This document shows positions 34,535 to 42,962 of a stretch of DNA of 64,000 bases, piece after piece. Below the pieces are notes generated by a model. The model ran no database searches. It saw nothing but the letters and a program-made list of their open reading frames with translations, and had not been told where the DNA came from. The stretch is from contig JAEXRH010000014.1 in NCBI GenBank assembly GCA_023438065.1, positions 22,959 through 86,958 on the forward strand. Reading direction: 5' to 3'. Within the stretch, counting starts at the first letter, position 1; each line of letters starts with the position of its first letter. This stretch comes from Spirochaetota bacterium (GTDB taxonomy: Bacteria; Spirochaetota; Spirochaetia; Treponematales; Treponemataceae). Made by a program: the position numbers and the translations under genes.

Positions 34535-35518
34535 ATGAAACAGCATCTTAAATGTGCGATAACGGGAGCCGCTTGGTGGAAACCGTTTATCGCGTTCGTA
34601 GCCCTTTTTCTTGCAATAATGATCCCGAATGAGCTCGCTTCGCTTAACCCGCCCGAGGCGCCGGGAAAGGCGTTCGCGACCCTGCTTTTCACCCTTACCC
34701 TGCAAGGCCTTCTCGTCGTCATCCAGGCCGCGTTTTCGGTCGTTCTCATGCGGATCGCGTTCCCCCTCGTTTCCGTCGGCGACAAGCCTTTCGCCTTTAC
34801 CGGGAAAGTCGGCGAATACGTCAAGATCAATATCTTCGGGTTTCTTCTCTGTATCGTCACGCTCGGGTTTTACATACCCGCGTATGCCCGCAAGATCACC
34901 GCGTATCTGGCCGGGAGCACCCGACTCGACGGCGAGAGCGCTGCCTTCCTGTCGAAGACCGGCAAGCTCATGAAATACTACGTGCTTGCGCTGCTCGTTC
35001 CCGTTATCGCGGTATGCGTTCTGTTCGTCGTCGTTGTCGCGAAAACGGGATATGTCTCGTCGGTCGCGGGATCCCTTGGCCCCGTGATACTCGCGCTCTA
35101 TCTCGTCCTGTTCCTCGCGATGATCCCGTTCCTCTATCTCGCGTACCGGTGGACCGTTAACTTCGGCTGGAAGGACCTGACGATTTCGTGGAATACCCGC
35201 TTCGGACCGTCGTGCGCGTTTATCGCGGGCCAATTCGCCCTGCTCGTCATCACCCTTGGCGTACTCTGGCCGATCGCGGTCGTCAACCTCGCACGCTACT
35301 TCGCGGAGAGGACCGTCATCCGGAAAAACGGAACGGAAACGGGCCATCTCGGATTTGACGGCACGAGGGGTAAGGGCTTCACCCTTCTCTGGGGTCAGAC
35401 CCTCCTGACCGTCATCACCCTCGGCATCTACCTGCCCTGGGCATACGCGAATTGCGTGCGGTTCTTCGTCAACGGAACGTATTTCGAGGGGAAACAAGAG
35501 CTCCTCGATCAGGCATAA
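34535..35518 (+). CDS. DUF898 (YjgN) family membrane protein (327 aa)
   Basis: Duplicated DUF898 signature (FTGKVGEYVKINIFGFLLCIVTLGFYIPAY and GFTLLWGQTLLTVITLGIYLPWAY). GGAGGAG lies upstream of the ATG. Confidence 0.8.
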   Translation: MKQHLKCAITGAAWWKPFIAFVALFLAIMIPNELASLNPPEAPGKAFATLLFTLTLQGLLVVIQAAFSVVLMRIAFPLVSVGDKPFAFTGKVGEYVKINIFGFLLCIVTLGFYIPAYARKITAYLAGSTRLDGESAAFLSKTGKLMKYYVLALLVPVIAVCVLFVVVVAKTGYVSSVAGSLGPVILALYLVLFLAMIPFLYLAYRWTVNFGWKDLTISWNTRFGPSCAFIAGQFALLVITLGVLWPIAVVNLARYFAERTVIRKNGTETGHLGFDGTRGKGFTLLWGQTLLTVITLGIYLPWAYANCVRFFVNGTYFEGKQELLDQA

Positions 35519-35525
35519 ATAGATA

Positions 35526-35556
35526 AGCCCCCCGAAACGCGTCGCTTCGGGGGGCT
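35526..35556. terminator. 11-bp GC hairpin between the convergent DUF898 and pspC-domain genes
   Basis: AGCCCCCCGAA (35526-35536) pairs with TTCGGGGGGCT (35546-35556). The U-tract is short. A second, weaker hairpin lies at 35563-35585. Confidence 0.5.
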
Positions 35557-35590
35557 TTCGGCCCCGTTCGCTATCGGCCGAACGGCCGCG

Positions 35591-35797
35591 CTACTTCCAG
35601 GAGTTCTCTACTTCGCTTTTCGTCGGAAGGACGAACGCGCAGATCAGGTAGAGAATGAGGCCCATACCCCAGAACAGCGTGCAGACGGCCCACAGGATCC
35701 GGACGAGCGTTACGTCGACATTCAGGTATTCCGCAAGCCCGCCGCAGACGCCAAAGATCTTCTTGCCGTACTCGATCTTGTATAACCGCTTCGTCAT
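35591..35797 (-). CDS. PspC domain-containing membrane protein (68 aa)
   Basis: KIFGVCGGLAEYLNVDVTLVRILWAV followed by a TM helix. I chose the ATG at 35797, which has GGAGGA 5 nt upstream. The ORF track starts at 35809. Confidence 0.8.
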   Translation of the reverse strand: MTKRLYKIEYGKKIFGVCGGLAEYLNVDVTLVRILWAVCTLFWGMGLILYLICAFVLPTKSEVENSWK

Positions 35798-35906
35798 GAT
35801 ATCCTCCATTGCTATACGCCGTATAATATATAATCTCGCATATTATACCCGAGTCGTCAAGATCAATCGCTTTACGCTTTCAATCCGTGCGACCGCTAGC
35901 AACATG

Positions 35907-36626
35907 TCACCGGGGAAGGATCGCCAGGCTGTACCATCGCCCTTCGCGGGTATTATACCAGCGCCGCGCGACGAACACCCCCTTCAGGGTCGCCTCATAC
36001 ACGCGCGACGCGCCCGAGGCCGTCGGTTTCGCGACGCTTCGCGCCAACGCGCCGATCGCGTTCATGTCCGCGTAGGAATACGCGTCCGCCGATGAAGCCT
36101 CAAGGGCTATCGAGCCGACCGCGCTCACGAAGCCGCTTCCCTTAGGTGGGCGGGATACCCAATCCGGATTGCCATCCGAACGTACGCTATCGCTCGGATT
36201 GACGGACGGAACGCGCATGCCCCGAGACGGACGCGCGCGAACGACCGCCTCGGTACCCGTCTCTCCGCGAACGACCCTGAGTACGGTCAGGGTATCGAGA
36301 ATGGCCATGCTGTTTGATTGATCGTAATCGAGAAGCACCTGCGAGCGGGTCAGGCGGGTACCGTCGGCGGCGGATACCGGGGTCTCGACGACGCGAACGG
36401 AGACCGACTTTCTCAGGGAAACCTGCCCGGCGACGCGGAAAAGGCATTCCGAAAGCTCCCGCTCGGGGCTCTCCCGCGAGGGGGCTCGCGCCGAGTATAC
36501 GCCCTCGGACGCGTCATACCCGCCGAGAGAGAGCGCATGATCGCCGCCCGCGGACGCACAGCCCGCGACGGCGATCAGCAGGCACAAAACCGGGACGAAA
36601 AGTCCCGGAATCCGCGCCATTTTCAC
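35907..36626 (-). CDS. Lipoprotein with C-terminal LPP20-like domain (239 aa)
   Basis: Lipobox LLIAVAGCAS. C-terminal PDWVSRPP...FVSAVGS...SSADAYSYADMNAIGALARSV is typical of LPP20-type lipoproteins. GTG at 36626; an ATG at 36620 is an alternative start. Confidence 0.7.
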   Translation of the reverse strand: MKMARIPGLFVPVLCLLIAVAGCASAGGDHALSLGGYDASEGVYSARAPSRESPERELSECLFRVAGQVSLRKSVSVRVVETPVSAADGTRLTRSQVLLDYDQSNSMAILDTLTVLRVVRGETGTEAVVRARPSRGMRVPSVNPSDSVRSDGNPDWVSRPPKGSGFVSAVGSIALEASSADAYSYADMNAIGALARSVAKPTASGASRVYEATLKGVFVARRWYNTREGRWYSLAILPR

Positions 36627-36635
36627 GTCCGTGCC

Positions 36636-37229
36636 TTACTTGGTAACGCCGGCCGAGGTTTCCTTGTCAAGGAAGGAAAGAGCTTCCTTCGCCTTGAATT
36701 CGGAGAAGGCCGCGGCTTCGTTCCGCTGGAAGGTCTGGACGGTCGCCTCGAAGCTCTTGCCGATGTTCGCTTTCGGGAAGGAGGTGAGCATATACACGCC
36801 ACCCTTGTCGTCGACCCAAACCTCGTCATCCTCGACGCCGACCAGGGTCTGGTCCGCGACCTGCTTCGAGATGTTCTCGAAGTAACTGAGGGTCTGGATG
36901 TTCTTCTCCGAACCGGACTCGTTGGTGTAGTTCACGAGCGCGTTCTTGACGCTCGTTCCGACCCAGCGGGCGATCTGGTCGCGGGCGTCGGCGCCGGCGG
37001 CGGTCTTCGAAATCGCCTTGGTCGACTTCATCGCGTAACCGACGGCATAAAAGGTGTCCGCGCTCTTCGGGGTCTTGTTGACCCACGCGGGCTGGGGAAC
37101 GCCCTCAAGGCCGATGATCGGTTTGGCGACGGGCGCCTCGGGAGCCTTTTCCGCGGGCTTGGACGCGCAGGAAACAAAAATTGCCGCGACGAGCGCGAGA
37201 ATGGTCGATACAGCTACGAACTTCTTCAT
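36636..37229 (-). CDS. LPP20 family lipoprotein (197 aa)
   Basis: Lipobox AAIFVSCAS. PAWVNKTPKSADTFYAVGYA...AGADARDQIARWVGTSVKNAL. The ATG at 37229 has AGGAGG 7 nt upstream. Confidence 0.75.
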   Translation of the reverse strand: MKKFVAVSTILALVAAIFVSCASKPAEKAPEAPVAKPIIGLEGVPQPAWVNKTPKSADTFYAVGYAMKSTKAISKTAAGADARDQIARWVGTSVKNALVNYTNESGSEKNIQTLSYFENISKQVADQTLVGVEDDEVWVDDKGGVYMLTSFPKANIGKSFEATVQTFQRNEAAAFSEFKAKEALSFLDKETSAGVTK

Positions 37230-37311
37230 CAATATCCTCCTAAAAAAAACGTATGCCTATAAAATAAGTCTAGCACATCGATCGTTACAAAACCACCGAA
37301 GTCGGCGAGTC

Positions 37312-38217
37312 TTATCGGCCGAGGCCGGACTGATCCAATTCCATCATCGCATCCCTGCCAAGTCGCTCCGCGTCATACAGCATCGCGGTAGGAACGCCGT
37401 ACGAGGCCTCGAGGGCTTCTGGAACGAGAACCTCCTCGGGCGTTCCAAGGTCGATCCGCCGGTCGGGATAGAAGAGCATGGCAAGGTCGGCGTACTTCCG
37501 CGTCAGGGACATCTCGTGGAGAGACACCATTACTGAAACACCCGAGCTCCGGCAAATGTCACCGAAAAACTCGAGCGCGCGCTCTTTTTGCCGCTGTTCC
37601 ATCGCGAACACCGGCTCGTCCATCATGACCACGCGCGAGCCGTAGAGCGCGGAAAACGCGAGGAGAACCCGTTGCGTCTCCCCTTTCGAGAGGGCTGAAA
37701 GCCGCCGGCCGCGAAGATTCCCGAGCTCGAACGCGCCGATCGCGTCGCGGAAAAAGGCTTCGTCTTTCGATACCCTCCCGCCCTGCGCGTATACGCGCTC
37801 GAGAAGGGCACCGACGGAATCGCCCGACCCGTCGTCTGCCTCGAATTCCATGTTTTGATAGATAAACGAACAGGCGAGATTGCGTCGATGCTCGACGTCC
37901 GCCGAAAGCCCCTCGCCCGGCGTTCCCGAAGCGTCCGACCAAACCCCCGCCAAAACCCGGGTATTTTCCCCGAGGAGCTCGATACGCCCCCGAGCGGGCA
38001 TGACGCGAGCCCCGGCAAGAAGCATGAAGGTTGTCTTTCCGGAGCCGTTCGGTCCGATAAGACTGATAAAGCCTTGGGGAATGTCGGCCGTGAAGGCGTC
38101 GAATATCGGCTTCGCGGGATTTCCGTCGGCGAGGAGTAGCGGTTCGCCCGTTTCAGGGTCTGGCCAGGAAAAAGAAACGTCGGTAAAGCGCAGCAAGGGC
38201 GCGGATTCAGTACTCAT
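37312..38217 (-). CDS. ABC transporter ATP-binding protein, orphan (no adjacent permease), with atypical signature motif (301 aa)
   Basis: Walker A GPNGSGKTT, Walker B VVMMDEP, H-loop SLHE. The signature motif reads LSKGETQ instead of LSGGQ. A roughly 40-aa insertion follows the Q-loop region. Confidence 0.85.
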   Translation of the reverse strand: MSTESAPLLRFTDVSFSWPDPETGEPLLLADGNPAKPIFDAFTADIPQGFISLIGPNGSGKTTFMLLAGARVMPARGRIELLGENTRVLAGVWSDASGTPGEGLSADVEHRRNLACSFIYQNMEFEADDGSGDSVGALLERVYAQGGRVSKDEAFFRDAIGAFELGNLRGRRLSALSKGETQRVLLAFSALYGSRVVMMDEPVFAMEQRQKERALEFFGDICRSSGVSVMVSLHEMSLTRKYADLAMLFYPDRRIDLGTPEEVLVPEALEASYGVPTAMLYDAERLGRDAMMELDQSGLGR

Positions 38218-38365
38218 ACGGGAAAGTATAGCATAAATGCCTTATAATGAATGAAGTCGTCTCCCCTTGCATAAAAGCGGTCGGCAAGGTATTTTATTGG
38301 ACGAATGGGTATTTATTTACCTATTAAGCAGTCTCACCACAATTCTTTTTTGTAAGGACGGAAAT

Positions 38366-41300
38366 ATGTCTGAGAAAAAGCTCGTTATGATCGACGGTAA
38401 CACCGCCGCCGGTCACGTCGCTCACGCGCTGAGCGAGGTTATCGCGATCTACCCGATCACCCCGTCGAGTCCGATGGGCGAGGTTGCCGATGAATACTCG
38501 GCAAAGGGCAAGAAGAACATCTGGGGAACCGTTCCCGAGGTTGTCGAACTCCAGTCCGAGGCGGGTGCCGCCGGTGCCGTCCACGGCGCGCTTACCACGG
38601 GAGCCCTCTCCTCGACGTTCACCGCGTCGCAGGGACTCCTGCTCATGATCCCGAACATGTACAAGATCTCCGGTGAGCTCACCAGCACCGTGTTCCACAT
38701 CGCCGCGCGCGCGCTCGCGACGAGCTCCCTTTCCATTTTCGGCGACCATCAGGACGTCATGGCCTGCCGCCAGACCGGATGGGCGATGCTCGCCTCCGAT
38801 AACGTGCAGGAAGTCATGGACCTCGCGGTCATCTCCCACGCCGCGACCCTCCGCTCCCGCATCCCCTTCCTTCACTTCTTCGACGGGTTCCGCACCTCCC
38901 ACGAAATCCAGAAGATCGAGGAAGTCTCCTACGACGTCATGCAGCAGATGATCGACAACGAGCTCGTGCGCGCCCACCGCGCCCGCGGACTCACCCCGGA
39001 GAATCCCGCGATCCGCGGAACCGCCCAGAACCCCGACGTCTACTTCCAGGGTCGCGAGGCGGTAAACAAGTACTATGACGCCGTCCCCGAGATCGTCCAG
39101 AAGGAAATGGACAAGTACGCGAAGCTCACCGGCCGCCAGTACCAGCTCTACGAGTATTACGGCCCGAAGGACGCCGAGAAGGTCGTCATCGCGATGGGCT
39201 CCGGTTGCGACACCATCGAGGAAACCGTCGATTACCTCACCGGAAAGGGCGAGAAGGTCGGACTCCTCAAGGTTCGCCTCTACCGCCCCTTCAGCGCCGA
39301 GCTCTTCGTGAAGGCGCTCCCCGCGACCGTCAAGGCGATCGCCGTCCTCGACCGCACCAAGGAGCCCGGATCGCTCGGCGAGCCGCTCTATGAGGACGTC
39401 CGCACCGCCATCGGCGAGATGCAGGCGGCCGGCAAGTGCCAGTTCAAGGATTACCCGCTCATCGTCGGCGGACGCTTCGGCCTCGGCTCGAAGGAGTTCA
39501 CCCCGGCGATGGTCAAGGCCGTCTATGACAACCTCTCCGGCGAGAAGAAGAACAAATTCACCATCGGCATCGACGACGACCTCACCTTCACCAGCCTCAA
39601 GTACGACGCCGCGTTCCAGCTTGACGACTCCGCGATGCACCAGGCGATGTTCTTCGGCCTCGGCTCCGACGGTACCGTCGGCGCGAACAAGAACTCCATC
39701 AAGATCATCGGCGAGGCGACCGACAACAAGGTCCAGGCTTACTTCGTCTACGACTCCAAGAAGTCGGGCGTCATCACGACGAGCCACCTCCGCTTCGGCC
39801 ACGGCTCGATCCGCAAGCCCTACCTCGTCACCCAGGCCGACTTCGTCGCCTGCCACAAGTTCGCGTTCCTCGAGAAGTACGACCTCCTCGCGACCGCGAA
39901 GAAAGGTGCGACCTTCCTCCTCACGAGCGCCTACGGCAAGGACCAGGTGTGGGATCACCTCCCCGTCGAGGTCCAGAAGCAGATCATCGAGAAGGAACTC
40001 AAGTTCTACGTGATCGACGCGGTATCCATCGCCGCCAAGGCCGGAATGGGCGAGCGCATCAACGTCGTCATGCAGACCGCGTTCTTCAAGATCTCCGGCA
40101 TCCTCCCCGAGGCCGAGGCCGTCGCGCTCATCAAGAAGTTCATCGAGAAGTCCTACGGAAAGAAGGGCGCGGACGTCGTCAAGAAGAACATCGACACGAT
40201 CGACATGGCCCTCGCCGGAGTCGAGAAGGTCGACTACCCGAAGGTCGCCTCGAGCAAGCTCAAGATGCTCCCCGCGATGACCGCTGACGCCCCGAAGTTC
40301 GAGAAGGAAGTTCTCGGCGTCATCGGCGTCAACAAGGGCGATTCCCTCAAGGTCAGCCAGATCCCGGACGACGGAACCTTCCCGACCGCGACCACGCAGT
40401 ACGAGAAGCGCGCGATCGCCGAGCGGATGCCCCTCTGGGACGAGAAGCTCTGCATCCAGTGTGGTCAGTGTACCCTCGTATGCCCGCACGCAGTCATCCG
40501 CATGAAGGCCTACGATCCCAAGCTCCTCTCGGGCGCGCCCGCGACCTTCAAGAGCGCGGACTACAAGACCAAGGAGTTCGAGGGTTGGAAGTGCACCATC
40601 CAGGCCTCCGCCGAGGACTGCACCGGCTGCGGACTCTGCGTCCAGCAGTGCCCCGCGAAGAGCAAGGAAAACCCCGAGATCCGCGCGATCAACATGGCGA
40701 ACTTCGCCGAGCACCGCGCCGTCGAGTCCGCGAACTGGAAGTTCTTCAACGCGCTCCCCGACCCGGACGCCTCCAAGCTCAACCTCTCGAGCCCGAAGGG
40801 CTGCGCCATGAAGCGCCCGCTCTTCGAGTTCTCCGGCGCCTGCGCCGGCTGCGGAGAGACCCCGTACGTGAAGCTCCTCTCGCAGCTCTACGGAGACCGC
40901 GCGATCATCGCGAACGCGACCGGATGCTCCTCGATCTACGGCGGTAACCTCCCGACCACCCCGTACGCGAAAACCGCGGACGGAAAAGGCCCGGCCTGGT
41001 CCAACTCCCTCTTCGAGGACGCGGCGGAATTCGGCCTCGGTATGCGCCTGACGAGCGACAAGCTCGCGATCTACGCGCGCGAAGTCGCCGAGACCGTCAA
41101 GGGCAAGGGAATCGCCGCCGCGGAGATCGACGCCGTGCTCGCCACCAAGGGAGCCGACGAGGCGACCGTCGCCAAGCAGCGAAAGAACATCGAGGCCCTC
41201 AAGGCCGCCCTCGCCAAGAGCAAGGACGAGGCCGCTAAGGAACTCGCCTCGCTCACCGACAACTTCATCGACCGCTCCGTGTGGGTCATCGGCGGCGACG

Positions 41301-41920
41301 GATGGGCGTACGACATCGGATTCGGCGGTCTCGACCACGTCATCGCCTCCGGCCGCAACGTCAACCTCCTCGTCCTCGATACCGAGGTCTACTCGAACAC
41401 CGGCGGACAGATGTCCAAGGCGACCCCGATCGGAGCCGTCGCGAAGTTCGCCGCGTCCGGAAAGGCCACGAGCAAGAAGGACCTCGGCATGATCGCGATG
41501 AGCTACGGCTACGTGTACGTCGCCCGCATCTCGATGGGCGCGAACATGAACCAGGTCATCAAGGCCTTCCGCGAGGCGGAGAGCTACGACGGCCCGTCGA
41601 TCATCATCGCGTACAGCCACTGCATCAACCACGGCATCGACATGGAAAAGGGAATGACGAACCAGAAGGAAGCGGTTACCTGCGGACTCTGGCCCCTCTA
41701 CCGCTACGACCCGCGCCTCGCCGAGCAGGGAAAGAACCCCTTCCAGCTCGACAGCAAGGAGCCCGACTTCAAGCTCGCCGACTTCATGTACAAGGAAGTC
41801 CGCTTCAAGAGCCTCAAGGCCGCCGATCCCGCGCGCGCCGAGTCGCTCCTGAAGAAGGCCGAAGAGAAGGCAAAGCGCCAGTGGAAGGAGTACGAGTACC
41901 TCTCCAAGAGGGACTTCTGA
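38366..41920 (+). CDS. nifJ: Pyruvate:ferredoxin (flavodoxin) oxidoreductase, single-polypeptide NifJ/PFOR type (1184 aa)
   Basis: Recognisable PFOR along the whole length: MIDGNTAAGHVAHALSEVIAIYPITPSS; two 4Fe-4S ferredoxin motifs (CIQCGQCTLVCPH, CTGCGLCVQQCP); TPP-binding region GCGETPY ... GGDGWAYDIGFGGLDHV ... LVLDTEVYSNTGGQ. I chose the ATG at 38366. The ORF track starts at 38267. Confidence 0.96.
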   Translation: MSEKKLVMIDGNTAAGHVAHALSEVIAIYPITPSSPMGEVADEYSAKGKKNIWGTVPEVVELQSEAGAAGAVHGALTTGALSSTFTASQGLLLMIPNMYKISGELTSTVFHIAARALATSSLSIFGDHQDVMACRQTGWAMLASDNVQEVMDLAVISHAATLRSRIPFLHFFDGFRTSHEIQKIEEVSYDVMQQMIDNELVRAHRARGLTPENPAIRGTAQNPDVYFQGREAVNKYYDAVPEIVQKEMDKYAKLTGRQYQLYEYYGPKDAEKVVIAMGSGCDTIEETVDYLTGKGEKVGLLKVRLYRPFSAELFVKALPATVKAIAVLDRTKEPGSLGEPLYEDVRTAIGEMQAAGKCQFKDYPLIVGGRFGLGSKEFTPAMVKAVYDNLSGEKKNKFTIGIDDDLTFTSLKYDAAFQLDDSAMHQAMFFGLGSDGTVGANKNSIKIIGEATDNKVQAYFVYDSKKSGVITTSHLRFGHGSIRKPYLVTQADFVACHKFAFLEKYDLLATAKKGATFLLTSAYGKDQVWDHLPVEVQKQIIEKELKFYVIDAVSIAAKAGMGERINVVMQTAFFKISGILPEAEAVALIKKFIEKSYGKKGADVVKKNIDTIDMALAGVEKVDYPKVASSKLKMLPAMTADAPKFEKEVLGVIGVNKGDSLKVSQIPDDGTFPTATTQYEKRAIAERMPLWDEKLCIQCGQCTLVCPHAVIRMKAYDPKLLSGAPATFKSADYKTKEFEGWKCTIQASAEDCTGCGLCVQQCPAKSKENPEIRAINMANFAEHRAVESANWKFFNALPDPDASKLNLSSPKGCAMKRPLFEFSGACAGCGETPYVKLLSQLYGDRAIIANATGCSSIYGGNLPTTPYAKTADGKGPAWSNSLFEDAAEFGLGMRLTSDKLAIYAREVAETVKGKGIAAAEIDAVLATKGADEATVAKQRKNIEALKAALAKSKDEAAKELASLTDNFIDRSVWVIGGDGWAYDIGFGGLDHVIASGRNVNLLVLDTEVYSNTGGQMSKATPIGAVAKFAASGKATSKKDLGMIAMSYGYVYVARISMGANMNQVIKAFREAESYDGPSIIIAYSHCINHGIDMEKGMTNQKEAVTCGLWPLYRYDPRLAEQGKNPFQLDSKEPDFKLADFMYKEVRFKSLKAADPARAESLLKKAEEKAKRQWKEYEYLSKRDF

Positions 41921-41993
41921 TTCCCGTCCGGCATATAGCCTGACGTGTCCAATCGGCCGCGGATGAATCCGCGGCCAACGGTTCAAACTGCAA

Positions 41994-42028
41994 GGACCTC
42001 CCGGAACTTCCGGGAGGTCCTTTTTTTT
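41994..42028 (+). terminator. Intrinsic terminator of nifJ (11-bp stem plus T8)
   Basis: GGACCTCCCGG (41994-42004) pairs with CCGGGAGGTCC (42010-42020), followed by TTTTTTTT (42021-42028). An additional hairpin GGCCGCGGA/TCCGCGGCC lies at 41955-41976. Confidence 0.85.
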
Positions 42029-42103
42029 CAGGCAGGACGCGGTACCGCGTTCTCGCCGGCCGGTCGCCATTGTGGCAATACCATCCATTTGCGCTAAAAG
42101 CTG

Positions 42104-42132
42104 TTCAAACCTTTTCGCCAAAGTGGTATAGT
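42104..42132 (+). promoter_or_regulatory. Putative promoter (TTCAAA-17 nt-TATAGT) of the amidohydrolase gene
   Basis: Hexamers at 42104-42109 and 42127-42132, about 24 nt upstream of the ATG at 42156. Confidence 0.35.
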
Positions 42133-42155
42133 TGGATCGAGAAGGACCCCCTCCG

Positions 42156-42962
42156 ATGCGAATCATCGACTTTCACGCGCACATCTACCCCGCGAAGATC
42201 GCGGAACGCGCGACGCAGGCAATCAGCGATTTTTACGACGCGCCGATGGCGTTTAACGGCTCCGTCGCCGAGCTCCTGACAAGCGGCGACACGATAGGCG
42301 TCGAGCGTTACATCGTGCACTCGACGGCGACGAAGAGCGACCAGGTACGCTCGATCAACGATTTTATCATCGGGGAAACGCGGAAAGAGCCGCGCTTCGT
42401 CGGCTTCGGCACCCTTCATCCCGACTTCGACGAAACCCGCGACGAGCTCGACCGGATCATCTCGCTCGGCCTCAAGGGCATCAAGCTCCATCCCGATTTT
42501 CAGCGTTTCGAGATCGACTGCGCGAAGATGGACAGCGCCTACGAGCAGATAGCCGCAGCGGGAATTCCGGTCCTCGTGCACGCGGGCGACGCCCGATACG
42601 ATTTCTCGGGGCCGCGGAGGATCGCGCGCGTCCTTGACCGCCATCCCGCGATCAAGCTCATTGCCGCGCACTTCGGGGGGTATACCGAATGGGACGAAGC
42701 CCTCGAAATGCTCGCGGGGCGCGATCTCTGGCTCGATACCTCAAGCACCTTCTGGAAGATCGAGCCTTCGATCGCGCGAAAGATTATCGAAAAGCACGGG
42801 ATCTCGCGCTTTCTCTTCGGCTCGGACTTCCCGATGTGGCGGCACGACGACGAGCTCGCGCGCTTCCTTGCCCTCGGGCTCACTCAGGCGGAAAACGAGG
42901 CCATCCTCGCGGGAAACGCCGACGCGCTGTTGGCGTCCATTCCCGCCGCAAAAGCGCGCTAA
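42156..42962 (+). CDS. Amidohydrolase-2 family TIM-barrel metal-dependent hydrolase (268 aa)
   Basis: MRIIDFHAHIYP start, GIKLHPDFQ, VLVHAGD, FGSDFPMW. I chose the ATG at 42156. Confidence 0.8.
   Translation: MRIIDFHAHIYPAKIAERATQAISDFYDAPMAFNGSVAELLTSGDTIGVERYIVHSTATKSDQVRSINDFIIGETRKEPRFVGFGTLHPDFDETRDELDRIISLGLKGIKLHPDFQRFEIDCAKMDSAYEQIAAAGIPVLVHAGDARYDFSGPRRIARVLDRHPAIKLIAAHFGGYTEWDEALEMLAGRDLWLDTSSTFWKIEPSIARKIIEKHGISRFLFGSDFPMWRHDDELARFLALGLTQAENEAILAGNADALLASIPAAKAR

Noticed and set aside
38324-42166. 1280-aa ORF antisense to the entire PFOR gene
   Set aside because: PFOR on the plus strand is unmistakable along its full length. The antisense product is low-complexity (runs of G, R, E, D, L, V) and extends through the terminator region. 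It is a compositional artefact.
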